DNA of 63,556 bases, filler included. It is 7 parts of 7 records of this genome, joined end to end, with 100 filler letters (N's around TTAATTAATTAA, not from the genome) between each part and the next. Parts side by side here need not be neighbours in the genome. Positions count along the whole stretch, not along the records: positions 1 to 15,055 come from DRR723986_16830; positions 15,156 to 21,828 come from DRR723986_16836; 5 more parts are not named here. One strand, written 5' to 3'. Positions 8,813-18,706 of the stretch are shown piece by piece. Below the pieces are notes generated by a model. The model did no database searches. It was not told the DNA's origin and saw only the letters and a list, made by a program, of their open reading frames with translations. Each line of letters begins with the position of its first letter. The stretch's first letter is position 1. Made by a program: the position numbers and the translations under genes.

Positions 8813-11800
8813 ATGAAAACCTTAGCAAACTTAACGGCCAATGGCGTATATAATCTAATTCAAACGAAATCTTTCGCCTATAAAACAATATTACTTTTAG
8901 CACTCTTATTATTTACCTCTACAATCCTGGCAACTCACGTTGTGGGAGGCGGTATAACTTATACTAAAATGGAGAATGACAATTATCTCCTTGAAGTGAA
9001 GTTATACAGAGATTGTTCTCCAGGAACTGCTCAGCTCCCAGGGAACGTTAACGTTCAATGTAGACGCGGAAATGACGGCACAAATCCTGGAAACTTCGGT
9101 TCTCATGTGCTTCCTTTAATTAGTGTAACTAACTTACAACCTGCTGTTCCAGCTTGTGCTTTTGATCCAGGCATCTGTGTTGAAGAAGCCGTTTATCAAT
9201 CTGTAGTAACCATTCCAGATGGACCAGGTGGATATCATTTATACTACACCATCTGTTGTAGAAACGGTACCATCTTAAACATTAATAACCCGCTTGGGGC
9301 AAGAGAAACCTTCTATGCATACATTCCTGAAAGAGGTACCTTAACTCCAGATGTGAATTCAAGTCCTCAATTTACAGGTGTTCCGCCAGTATATGTTTGT
9401 GCTGGTCAACCATTAGATTTGAGTTTTGCGGCCAACGACCCTGATGGTGATTCATTAGCCTATTATTTTTATACACCTTTTGATGGCAACGCAGGAAACG
9501 GGATCACTTATGGAGCAGGAGCACCACCCAATAACATTAACATTAGCACGGTAACATGGGCTAACGGATTTGGAGCATCCGATCCGCTGGACGCGAATCC
9601 AGGCCTACTTCCTGGTTTAACAATTGACAATACTGGATTTATTACAGGAATTCCACCTGCCCCTGGACAATATGTTGTGGGTGTGATGATTGATGAGTAT
9701 AGAGACGGCGTATTAATTGGACGAATTTCTCGTGATTTTCAATTCAATGTTATTAATTGTCCTCCACCTTTAGAAGCAATAGTGGATATCACAACCAATT
9801 GTAACGGATTGACCATAGATTTTTTAAATCAAACGAACGGTATTTTTAATAATTCCTGGTGGGATTTCGGAACGGGTAACCCTGCAGATAGTTCTATTGC
9901 TTTTCAACCGCAATACAATTTCCCTGTTCCCGGTACCTATGATGTAACATTGATTGTAGAAAAAGGGACTGATTGTGCAGATACAGCAGTTTATCAACTG
10001 ACAGTAATGGATCCGGTAATGTTCAATTTAACAGTAGATTCAATAAGTTGTAACAGTTTGATTGATGGAGCCGCACAAGCCGCTTCTAACGATCCATTGT
10101 ACACTTACAATTGGAGTACGAATCAATCAGGAAATTCAATTTCAGGCTTGTCGACAGGAAATTATTGGGTCTATGCGACTAACACGATAGGTTGTATTGA
10201 TACACAATTATTTGATGTGTTTGAACCGAATCCTCTGGCAGTGCAATTTAACGGAACAAATCCATTATGTACGGGAGATTCAAATGGCCAGATTCAGGCA
10301 CAGGCTTCAGGAGGAACAGCACCGTACAATTATTTTTGGCTAAACCAAAATTTCAACGGAAATCCTTTAACAGGTATTCAAGCGGGGATGTATAATCTTC
10401 AATTGACGGATGCGAACGGATGTGCATTAAATGATGTCGCCCAAATCAGTAATCCTCCAGTCTTAAATTCACAGGTTGTAGCACAAACTAACGTGACCTG
10501 TCATGGTGAAGCTGATGGATCAGTAACTGTAGATGCTAATGGTGGAACGCCAAATTACACGATTGATTGGTTGACTTTACCGAATGACGCGTTCACCATG
10601 AATAATCTCCAGGCTGGAAGTTATGTAGCAGAGATTACTGATGCGAATGGATGTTTATCTTCATTAGTAGTTGACATCACTCAGCCCGATACCTTTACAG
10701 TTGATATTCATATTTTACAAGAAGAAACATGTACAGGAGCAAATGGCGAAGCATTAGCAGATGTAACCAATGGGATAGGACTAATCACCTACTTATGGAC
10801 GCCTACTGGACAAACAACGAATGTAGCTACTGGATTATCTGCCGGCCCTATTCAAGTTCTTGTTGAAGATGAAAACGGATGTCAAGACGTAGCTAACATT
10901 ATTTTGATGGATAATCCGACTGGAATAGCTTCAGTGGGTAATAGTAGCCCTGTGAGTTGTATTAATGGAAATGATGGAATGGTTGAGATCATCATGAATG
11001 GCGGTACGGCTCCTTATCAATATTCATGGTCATGTAACTGTTCTAATAATAATATTCAAAACAACTTAAGTGTTGGAAATTATTGGGTAGCTGTTGAAGA
11101 TGATAACGGATGTATCGACTCCCTGAATTTTACAGTAGGTCAAGTTCCTGAATTAATTGTTTCAATTATTGATCAAGGACTACCTGCGTGTAATGGTTAT
11201 TCAGATGGATATGCCATAGCGGATGCGATTGGAGGTACTCAGCCTTATAATTATTTGTGGAATACCAACCCAGCACAAAATATGGCAATGGCTAACAGTT
11301 TATCACAAGGCGTATATAATGTTGAGGTAACTGATGCAAATGGATGTACTGACACCGTGAATGTTATTATTGATGAGCCAAGTCAACTAATCGTAGACGC
11401 TCATACAACAGGAAACATTCTATGTTTCGGAGATAGTGCAGGTGTTGCTAACGTAAATGCCTCAGGTGCAACTGGGCCCTACACCTATTATTGGTTAGAA
11501 ACAGCAGAAACTACCCAAATGATTGATAGTTTACCTGCTGGGGTTTATCATGTAACCGTTACGGATGATAATGGTTGTCAAGCTTACGACAGTACAGAAA
11601 TAGTTGAGTATGCTAATGTACATGCACACATAGTTGCTGATACAGTTTTCTGTCCTGGAGACTTCGTTACCTTCTATGTTTCAACCAACGGATTAAATAA
11701 TCAATACAATTATCACTGGTATGTAAACAATGTATTGGAAGCAACAACAAATATTTTTAGTCATCAAATATTTGATACATCAACTGTGAATGTGGTACTC

Positions 11801-12880
11801 GTGAATACTGGATATTGTCCTGATGTTAAAGACTCTTTAACAGTAACACCAATATTCATGAAACCGAATAATGTGGATGTTACAGGAACTCCCGACACGA
11901 TTTGTTTTGGAGCAAGTGCGCAGGTTCTTGGACATTTATCTGACTCAGCTTATTTAACTTCAATTTTCTGGAATGATCCCCATTTTAACGGATATGGACC
12001 TCATACGGTCAATCCTGAGCAGCAAACTACCTATTATTTTTCAGCACAAAATATGTGTGGAGAGGTTCAGACAGATTCTATAACAATTGATGTTTTCTTA
12101 CCACCAAACGCTTATGTGTTGAGCCAGGGAACTGAGGGTTGTGATGAAGTAAATGTTGATTTTTCGTATTCGCATGATCTTTATGATTACCAGTTAACAG
12201 ATGTTTCTTGGATGATTAATCATCAATCCTATTATGAAGATGAACCTCAAGTTAACTTTATTGGTTCAGGAAATGTAATTGCTGACCTCTTTTTAAGCTT
12301 CAGCAATGGATGTACCTTTGAATACAATGAAATCGTTACGGTTGAAGTGTTTGAAAGTCCAGATGCAGATTTTTACTTCAACCCAGATCCAGCCTTGGTG
12401 CACGAATTAACAGAGTTTGTTGATATATCGAAGGGAAATCCGCAAGAATGGGAATGGTATTTTGAGGGTGAGTTAATCTCAACTGAAGAAAGACCGACTC
12501 ATGTATTTGATGAAACCGGAAATTACACAATTACTCAAATCGTAACTAATGAATTTGGATGTTCAGATACAATGATTCACTCAGTTGAAGTGATAGGGAA
12601 TTATACAGTTTACGTTCCAAACGCATTTACGCCTGACGGAAATGATCGAAATAATAACTTTAAACCGATAATGACGGATATCGTTCCGGATAATTATGAA
12701 TTCTTAATCTTCAATAGATGGGGAGAAGTAATTTTCAAAACTAACGATTTGGAAGGTGAGTGGGATGGTAACTTCCAAGGCGAAAACGTTAGAGACGGCG
12801 TGTATATTTGGAAAGTTTTTGTGACGGACAACGTGGGTCTTGAACATGAATTGATGGGTCATGTGACTCTATTGCGCTAA
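8813..12880 (+). CDS. Large T9SS-secreted surface protein (SprB-like repeats, PKD domains, type B CTD)
   Basis: Repeated GGTxPYxY-W...YxVxxTDANGC units; PKD motifs (WDFG, W-W-F); C-terminal YVPNAFTPDG-D-NN-F...IFNRWGE...WDG...DGVY gliding-motility-associated CTD. Confidence 0.9.
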   Translation: MKTLANLTANGVYNLIQTKSFAYKTILLLALLLFTSTILATHVVGGGITYTKMENDNYLLEVKLYRDCSPGTAQLPGNVNVQCRRGNDGTNPGNFGSHVLPLISVTNLQPAVPACAFDPGICVEEAVYQSVVTIPDGPGGYHLYYTICCRNGTILNINNPLGARETFYAYIPERGTLTPDVNSSPQFTGVPPVYVCAGQPLDLSFAANDPDGDSLAYYFYTPFDGNAGNGITYGAGAPPNNINISTVTWANGFGASDPLDANPGLLPGLTIDNTGFITGIPPAPGQYVVGVMIDEYRDGVLIGRISRDFQFNVINCPPPLEAIVDITTNCNGLTIDFLNQTNGIFNNSWWDFGTGNPADSSIAFQPQYNFPVPGTYDVTLIVEKGTDCADTAVYQLTVMDPVMFNLTVDSISCNSLIDGAAQAASNDPLYTYNWSTNQSGNSISGLSTGNYWVYATNTIGCIDTQLFDVFEPNPLAVQFNGTNPLCTGDSNGQIQAQASGGTAPYNYFWLNQNFNGNPLTGIQAGMYNLQLTDANGCALNDVAQISNPPVLNSQVVAQTNVTCHGEADGSVTVDANGGTPNYTIDWLTLPNDAFTMNNLQAGSYVAEITDANGCLSSLVVDITQPDTFTVDIHILQEETCTGANGEALADVTNGIGLITYLWTPTGQTTNVATGLSAGPIQVLVEDENGCQDVANIILMDNPTGIASVGNSSPVSCINGNDGMVEIIMNGGTAPYQYSWSCNCSNNNIQNNLSVGNYWVAVEDDNGCIDSLNFTVGQVPELIVSIIDQGLPACNGYSDGYAIADAIGGTQPYNYLWNTNPAQNMAMANSLSQGVYNVEVTDANGCTDTVNVIIDEPSQLIVDAHTTGNILCFGDSAGVANVNASGATGPYTYYWLETAETTQMIDSLPAGVYHVTVTDDNGCQAYDSTEIVEYANVHAHIVADTVFCPGDFVTFYVSTNGLNNQYNYHWYVNNVLEATTNIFSHQIFDTSTVNVVLVNTGYCPDVKDSLTVTPIFMKPNNVDVTGTPDTICFGASAQVLGHLSDSAYLTSIFWNDPHFNGYGPHTVNPEQQTTYYFSAQNMCGEVQTDSITIDVFLPPNAYVLSQGTEGCDEVNVDFSYSHDLYDYQLTDVSWMINHQSYYEDEPQVNFIGSGNVIADLFLSFSNGCTFEYNEIVTVEVFESPDADFYFNPDPALVHELTEFVDISKGNPQEWEWYFEGELISTEERPTHVFDETGNYTITQIVTNEFGCSDTMIHSVEVIGNYTVYVPNAFTPDGNDRNNNFKPIMTDIVPDNYEFLIFNRWGEVIFKTNDLEGEWDGNFQGENVRDGVYIWKVFVTDNVGLEHELMGHVTLLR

Positions 12881-12897
12881 CAACAACCAATTTGCCC

Positions 12898-12930
12898 AAA
12901 GCCCGTTCTCATTTTGAGTGCGGGCTTTTT
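12898..12930. terminator. Likely bidirectional intrinsic terminator between convergent genes
   Basis: AAAGCCCG...CGGGCTTTTT stem-loop. Confidence 0.75.
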
Positions 12931-13645
12931 AATCAACCCCAAGCAATTCAAGCGTCTCTTTAGATGCGTGTTGCTCGGCTTCTTTTTTAGATTGACCTTT
13001 ACCAAGACCCCATTTTTTTTCGTTAATTATAACCGCGGCCGTATACTGGTAATTATTTTGTTTTGTCGCCTCATCTTCGATTACGAATTGAACGGCCAAT
13101 TTATTTTTTTGGCCCCAAATAAGTAATGCACTTTTAAAATCTATTTCTTGTTCAAGAACTTCATTCAAATTCACATAATTGCGAATTATTCTTGAATTAA
13201 ATATTTTTCGCGTAGTCTCATAGTCAGAGTCTAAGTAGAGCGCGCCAATAATTGCCTCAAACGCATTTCCTTCAATAGTGGCAATTCTAATGGACCTGCC
13301 TGTTTTATATCTAATTTGTTTTGATAGTTCAAGCTCAGCTCCAATGTATGAAAGCATTTTTCGGTTGACGATTTTAGCTTTGACTTTAGTCAAAAACCCT
13401 TCATCTTTTTCAGGAAATTTTTCGAATAAGTATTCGGCAACGATTAAATCAATAACAGTATCTCCCAAGTATTCAAGTCGTTCGTTGCTTTCAACATCAT
13501 TTTTCGTATTACTATACGATTTATGTGTTAATGCTTTTTCAAACAGCCGAATGTTCTTAGGTCGATAACCAAATTTCTTTAATAAAAAAGAACTTAATTC
13601 AAGGTTACCTTTACTTCGGTTTTTACCAAGAAATAATCGAAACAA
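12929..13645 (-). CDS. rnc: Ribonuclease III
   Basis: ALTHKS, NERLEYLGD signature, FEAIIGALYLD, C-terminal dsRBD (GKGQSKKEAEQ); likely TTG start at 13645. Confidence 0.95.
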   Translation of the reverse strand: MFRLFLGKNRSKGNLELSSFLLKKFGYRPKNIRLFEKALTHKSYSNTKNDVESNERLEYLGDTVIDLIVAEYLFEKFPEKDEGFLTKVKAKIVNRKMLSYIGAELELSKQIRYKTGRSIRIATIEGNAFEAIIGALYLDSDYETTRKIFNSRIIRNYVNLNEVLEQEIDFKSALLIWGQKNKLAVQFVIEDEATKQNNYQYTAAVIINEKKWGLGKGQSKKEAEQHASKETLELLGVD

Positions 13646-13649
13646 TATA

Positions 13650-14903
13650 TTAGTCGTTGTATGCTTTAAATATAACAGAGGTGTTGTGACCACCAAAACC
13701 AAATGTGTTCGTTAAAGCATAATTTACAGTTCTTTCCTGCGCTTTGTTGAACGTAAAATTCAGTTTGTTATCAATTTCTGGATCATCATTAAAGTGGTTA
13801 ATGGTTGGCGGAACGATATTGTTTTCAATTGCTTTAATACAAGCAATCGCTTCAATAGCACCTGCCGCACCAAGTAGATGTCCAGTCATTGATTTTGTTG
13901 ATGAAATATTGAGGTTATAAGCATGCGCCCCAAATACTTCTTTAATCGCTTTAGTTTCTGCAATGTCTCCTAATGGAGTTGAGGTTCCGTGCACATTGAT
14001 GTAATCTACATCTTCTGGTTGAATTCCGGCCTCTTCTAAAGCTTGTAACATCACGCTTTTTGCACCAATTCCATCTGGATGTGGAGCAGTGATGTGGTAT
14101 GCGTCTGCAGATAATCCGCTTCCAACTATTTCACAATAGATTTTAGCGCCTCTTGCTTTTGCATGCTCTAACTCTTCAATGACAATCGCTCCTGAGCCTT
14201 CACCCAATACAAACCCCTCACGATCCACATCAAATGGACGAGAAGCAGTTTTAGGATCATCATTTCTTGTAGAAAGAGCTTTAAGTGCATTAAACCCTCC
14301 AATTCCTGACTCATTTACACAAGCTTCTGATCCACCACTCATAATTACATCAGCTTTACCTAATCGAATTAAGTTAAAAGCATCAATCATGGCATTGTTA
14401 GATGAAGCACATGCAGAAACAGTCACGTAATTTGGTCCTCTGAATCCATATTTAATTGAGATATGACCAGCGGCAATATCTACAATCATTTTTGGAATAA
14501 AGAAAGGATTAAATCTTGGGGTTCCGTCACCTTCTGTGAAGGCTTTTGATTCGTCTTGGAAAGTTTTTAAACCTCCAATTCCTGATCCCCAAACAACCCC
14601 AGCACGATCAAGGTTGATTTTTTCTAGATCTAACCCAGAATCTGCCATAGCTTCCGCTGAGGAAACCATGGCATACTGAGAAAATTGATCTAATTTTCTT
14701 GCTTCCTTACGATCTAAATGATCTTGGACATCAAAGTTCTTAAGTTCACAAGCAAATTGCGTTTTAAATTTAGACGCATCAAAAGACTGAATAGGGGCCG
14801 CACCACTCACACCGTTCTTCAATGAATTCCAATATTCATCAAGGGTGTTTCCAATAGGAGTCAATGCTCCTAAACCAGTTATGACAACTCTTTTCAGTTC
14901 CAT
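13650..14903 (-). CDS. fabF: 3-oxoacyl-ACP synthase II
   Basis: RVVITGLG, SACASS catalytic Cys, HGTSTPLGD, KSMTGHLLGAAG, FGFGGHN. Confidence 0.97.
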   Translation of the reverse strand: MELKRVVITGLGALTPIGNTLDEYWNSLKNGVSGAAPIQSFDASKFKTQFACELKNFDVQDHLDRKEARKLDQFSQYAMVSSAEAMADSGLDLEKINLDRAGVVWGSGIGGLKTFQDESKAFTEGDGTPRFNPFFIPKMIVDIAAGHISIKYGFRGPNYVTVSACASSNNAMIDAFNLIRLGKADVIMSGGSEACVNESGIGGFNALKALSTRNDDPKTASRPFDVDREGFVLGEGSGAIVIEELEHAKARGAKIYCEIVGSGLSADAYHITAPHPDGIGAKSVMLQALEEAGIQPEDVDYINVHGTSTPLGDIAETKAIKEVFGAHAYNLNISSTKSMTGHLLGAAGAIEAIACIKAIENNIVPPTINHFNDDPEIDNKLNFTFNKAQERTVNYALTNTFGFGGHNTSVIFKAYND

Positions 14904-14946
14904 GAATAGTCGTTAAAAATTTAAAACAAAAATTGTAATCAGGTAT

Positions 14947-15055
14947 TTACTTTGCGTTTCCTTCAATATAAGAGATAGCATCTCCTACAGTTTGGATTTT
15001 TTCAGCTTGGTCATCTGGAATTGCAATGTTGAATTCTTTTTCGAATTCCATAATC
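14947..15055 (-). CDS. acpP: Acyl carrier protein, C-terminal fragment cut by the contig end
   Basis: Reverse strand reads [35 protein letters not shown]; lies upstream of fabF. Confidence 0.93.
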
Positions 15056-15155
15056 NNNNNNNNNNNNNNNNNNNNNNNNNNNNNNNNNNNNNNNNNNNNT
15101 TAATTAATTAANNNNNNNNNNNNNNNNNNNNNNNNNNNNNNNNNNNNNNNNNNNN
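15056..15155. other. Artificial contig linker
   Basis: 44 N + TTAATTAATTAA (stops in all six frames) + 44 N; abrupt base-composition change across it. Confidence 0.99.
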
Positions 15156-15793
15156 ATGGCCTCGACCTGATCATGCGTGACATAGACCATCGTGAAGCCG
15201 AGCTGCTGCTGCAGCGCGCGGATCTCCACCCGCATTTCATGGCGCAGCTTGGCGTCGAGATTGGACAGCGGCTCGTCCATCAGGCAGATCGGCTTTTCGC
15301 CGATGATTGCCCGCCCAAGGGCGACACGCTGCTGCTGACCGCCCGAAAGCTGACCCGGCTTGCGCTCCAGCAACTGGCCAAGGCCCAGAAGATCGGCAAC
15401 CCGTGCGAGACGCCGGTCCCTCTCGGCCCTGCCGACCCGGCGAACCTTCAGGCCGAAGATGATGTTCTCGCCAACGTTCAGATGCGGAAACAGCGCATAG
15501 GACTGGAACACCATGGCAAGATCACGCTTGGCCGACGGACGGCCGGTGACATCCTCTCCGCCGATCAGGATGCGTCCGCTGCTGACATTCTCGAGACCCG
15601 CAATCATGCGCAATGTCGTTGACTTGCCACAGCCGGACGGTCCCAGAAGTGCCGTGAAGGAGCCTGCCGGAATATCGATCGACAGGCCATCGACGGCCAC
15701 CGACTCACCCCAGGCACGCGACACCGTTTCAAGGACGATCGGCTTGCCGGCGCCAGAGGGTTTCGCACCCGGGATATGCGGGTCTGATGTCAC
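15156..15793 (-). CDS. Carbohydrate/polyol-phosphate ABC transporter ATPase (UgpC/MalK-like), truncated
   Basis: GPSGCGKST Walker A, MVFQSYALFPH, LSGGQQQRVALGRA, DEPLSNLDAKLR, YVTHDQ. Confidence 0.93.
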
Positions 15794-16596
15794 GCCTCAT
15801 CCCCGTCGTCGGCCACGAACACTTCCGTTTTTGTGCCTTCCAGCGATGCCAGGAAAACATCCGGCACCGGGCAATCGGTGAAGATCGCATCGACATCGCT
15901 GAGTTGACCGCCGCGCACATGGGCGTTCCGGCCGAACTTGCTGTGATCGAGAACCAGATAGGACCGGCGGCAATTGGCGAGTATCGACTGGCGGGCCGCC
16001 ACTTCGTCCTCGTGGAAATCCAGCAGCGTACCGTCTTCATCGACACCTGCGACACCAAAAATGCCGATATCGACCTTGTAGTTGGAGAAGAACGCCTGCG
16101 CTGCGGCCCCCAGCACGTCGCGGTCGCCATGACGCAACCGCCCGCCGGTGATGGTCACCTGAAACGACGGATTGACCGAAGCCGTGAAGGCCACGTTCAG
16201 ATTGTTCGTGAAAACCGCCAGTTTCTCATGCCCAACCAGGGCCTGCATCACGATCTCCGGAGTGGTGCCGATGGAAAACGCGATCGACTGGTTGTTGCCG
16301 ACGTGGCCGGCCACCAGTTTCGCAATCAGCTGCTTTTCCGGAAGATTGAGGATCTGCCGGGTGGAATAATGGATGTTGGACGCCGGTGCCGGAGGCTCGA
16401 CGCCGCCGTGGGTCCGGCGCAGGATCCCCAGTTCGCATAGACCGTTGACGTCCCTGCGAATTGTCTGCGTGGTCACCTCGAACCGGTCCGCCAATTCCTC
16501 GACGGACGCAAATCCTGCTTTTTGTACCAGATCCGCGATTTCGGCCTGACGCTTTGAAATGTCTATTTGCCCAAGCATGTTCTTCTGATCCGCCAT
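15790..16596 (-). CDS. DeoR/GlpR-family transcriptional regulator
   Basis: HTH VTTQTIRRD, RTHGG, IGTT, DHSKFGR; 4-nt overlap with the ABC ATPase start. Confidence 0.93.
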   Translation of the reverse strand: MADQKNMLGQIDISKRQAEIADLVQKAGFASVEELADRFEVTTQTIRRDVNGLCELGILRRTHGGVEPPAPASNIHYSTRQILNLPEKQLIAKLVAGHVGNNQSIAFSIGTTPEIVMQALVGHEKLAVFTNNLNVAFTASVNPSFQVTITGGRLRHGDRDVLGAAAQAFFSNYKVDIGIFGVAGVDEDGTLLDFHEDEVAARQSILANCRRSYLVLDHSKFGRNAHVRGGQLSDVDAIFTDCPVPDVFLASLEGTKTEVFVADDGDEA

Positions 16597-16686
16597 CGTC
16601 CCCTCTCCTCCTGCAGATGCAGAAGGCCAGTTGCTCCAAAGGCATCATGTTGACTCGAAAAAGCCTGACTTCGAAGCCCGTTAAAA

Positions 16687-16726
16687 CATTTTCATATGAA
16701 CCTTATTCGACGCTCATATGAAAATG
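16687..16726. promoter_or_regulatory. Perfect 13-bp inverted repeat, candidate DeoR/GlpR operator
   Basis: CATTTTCATATGA-N14-TCATATGAAAATG. Confidence 0.55.
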
Positions 16727-16972
16727 ATGTGACAATAGGGGATAGCGGGCAGCCCAGGAACACAGGACGCGACAACGTCCTCAGATTTCAGGACACCATT
16801 TTTCTATCTGTAATTGCCCGGGCTTTTCACGAGGCCGCCAGGCCGATTACCCGGTGAAGGACTAACCCTGCGGTTCGATGACAAGACGCTACCGAAGAAG
16901 AGACAAGACGGCGCAAAAGTAGAAGAGTTGAATTCAATCGTCGAAGTTATGTAATAAAATAACAAATCTATT

Positions 16973-17001
16973 TCGTCATCCAACTGTCAATCAGATGTCA
17001 T
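16973..17001 (+). promoter_or_regulatory. Pho box (three PhoB half-sites)
   Basis: TCGTCAT-N4-CTGTCAA-N4-ATGTCAT with 11-bp period, matching CTGTCAT-N4; ends 51 nt upstream of an alkaline phosphatase. Confidence 0.8.
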
Positions 17002-17052
17002 GCAGCGTTTTTAAGTAGCTCCCGGGATGCACCCTCACCTCCGGGAGATATC

Positions 17053-18555
17053 ATGAAAACGATCGTTTGCACTTCGCTGGCGCTGGCCCTGACCGGCTCC
17101 GTCGCCTTTGCTCAGGACGCCCTGCCGCAAGCCTCCAGCCAGTGGTACAAGGATGGCGAAGCCGCCATTCAGGCCATTTTGGACCGTCAGCCAAACACCA
17201 ACCGCGCCAAGAACGTGATCCTGCTGATCGCAGACGGCAACGGTGTCGGCACCAACTACGCCACGCGCCTTTTCGACGGTCAGCAGAAAGGCATGCTGGG
17301 CGAGGAAAACGTTCTCCCGTACGAAACTCCGGAGTTCTACAGCGCCCTGGTCAAGACCTACAACATCAACGCCCAGACGCCGGACTCCGCTCCGACCGCC
17401 GGCTCGATGAACACAGGCGTGAAGCAGCGCTTCAACCTGATCAACCTCGGCGAAGAAGCCATCCATGACGATTGCTCCACCGTCGAAGGCAACCAGCTTG
17501 CCCTGTTCTCCGAAATGATGACCGAAGCCGGCAAGTCTGTCGGCGTGGTTTCCACCGCCCGCCTGACCCACGCAACTCCGGCTGCTGTCTACGCCAAGAC
17601 CGCCAACCGCAACTGGGAAGACGCCGTGCCGGAAGGCTGCACCGCACAGAAAGACATCGCGACCCAGCTGATCGACGCCATGGAAGCCGGCACCGTTGAT
17701 TTGGCAATGGGCGGCGGTGGCCGTTACTTCCTGCCGAAGGACAAGGAAATGGGTGGGCTGAAGGGCCGCCGCGAAGACAATGTCGACCTGGTTGAGCGTG
17801 CAACCGGACTGGGTGCACAGTTCGCATCCGACACCGCCGGTTTCCAGTCGCTGAAGCTTGACGGCTCCAGCCCAGTCCTGGCCCTGTTCAACAACAGCCA
17901 CATGGAATATGAGGCCGACCGCGCCGACAATGACGAGCCGTCCCTGGCCGACATGACCAAGGCAGCCATCGAATATCTGTCCAAGAACGAAGGCGGCTAC
18001 TACCTGGAAATCGAAGCCGGCCGCGTCGACCACGCCAACCATGACGGCAATGCGGCCCGCGCCATGCGCGACGGTGTCGCCTTTGCAGAAGCCGTTGCCA
18101 TGGCTGACGAGCTGACCAACGATGAAGACACGCTCATCATCGTCACCGCCGACCACGAACACGCCATCGCCTTCAACGGCTATTGCGGCCGCGGCTCGGC
18201 CATCCTCGGCCTTTGCTATGACGTTGCTCAGGTGGGCATCAAGCATTCCGACAAGGTTCTGACCGCGGATGACGGCAAGCCGTACACCGTGATCGGCTAC
18301 CTGAACGGCACCGGTTCGGTTCTGAAGAAGGGCGAAGGCGAAAACGACTACACCGGCTCGCGCCCGGACCTGGACCAGGAAACCGCCACCGATCTGGACT
18401 ACGTCCAGCAGGCGCTGATCCCCAAGTCCTCCGAAACCCATTCGGGTGAAGATGTTGCGGTCTACGCAAAGGGCCCGTGGGCACACCTGGTCGATGGCAC
18501 CATCGAGCAGAACGTGATCTTCCACGTCATGAACCACGCTGTGAGCGCCCAATAA
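17053..18555 (+). CDS. phoA: Alkaline phosphatase (PhoA family)
   Basis: Sec signal; KNVILLIADG, PDSAPTA (catalytic Ser), THATPA, EAGRVDHANH, TADHEH, ETHSGEDV metal-ligand motifs; RBS GGGAG. Confidence 0.95.
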   Translation: MKTIVCTSLALALTGSVAFAQDALPQASSQWYKDGEAAIQAILDRQPNTNRAKNVILLIADGNGVGTNYATRLFDGQQKGMLGEENVLPYETPEFYSALVKTYNINAQTPDSAPTAGSMNTGVKQRFNLINLGEEAIHDDCSTVEGNQLALFSEMMTEAGKSVGVVSTARLTHATPAAVYAKTANRNWEDAVPEGCTAQKDIATQLIDAMEAGTVDLAMGGGGRYFLPKDKEMGGLKGRREDNVDLVERATGLGAQFASDTAGFQSLKLDGSSPVLALFNNSHMEYEADRADNDEPSLADMTKAAIEYLSKNEGGYYLEIEAGRVDHANHDGNAARAMRDGVAFAEAVAMADELTNDEDTLIIVTADHEHAIAFNGYCGRGSAILGLCYDVAQVGIKHSDKVLTADDGKPYTVIGYLNGTGSVLKKGEGENDYTGSRPDLDQETATDLDYVQQALIPKSSETHSGEDVAVYAKGPWAHLVDGTIEQNVIFHVMNHAVSAQ

Positions 18556-18588
18556 GCCTTCAGCCAGCGTCCAACAAGCACTCAGCGA

Positions 18589-18645
18589 GATCCCTGGTCG
18601 AATACCTGCCAGGGATCCTGAAGGCCTGCCGCCCGGCAGGCCTTT
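18589..18645 (+). terminator. Tandem hairpins after phoA (weak terminator or mRNA stabiliser)
   Basis: GATCCCTGG..CCAGGGATC and AAGGCCTGCC-GCCC-GGCAGGCCTT(T); only a short U-tract. Confidence 0.55.
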
Positions 18646-18706
18646 GCCTGTTTGTCATATTAGCCGGATAAGTTAGGAGCATGAATTGGCCAGAACCAGG
18701 GATGTC

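Noticed and set aside
15100-15111. TTAATTAATTAA repeated six times in the window
   Set aside because: Synthetic six-frame stop linker, not a biological repeat, CRISPR or att site
17019-17047. CTCCCGG/CCGGGAG stem that could sequester the phoA RBS
   Set aside because: The predicted TSS (~17022) falls inside the left arm, so the full stem probably is not transcribed; too weak to claim a riboswitch
17035-18552. 505-aa antisense ORF exactly opposite phoA
   Set aside because: Shadow ORF produced by strong codon bias in high-GC DNA; no motifs; the sense strand is clearly the real gene
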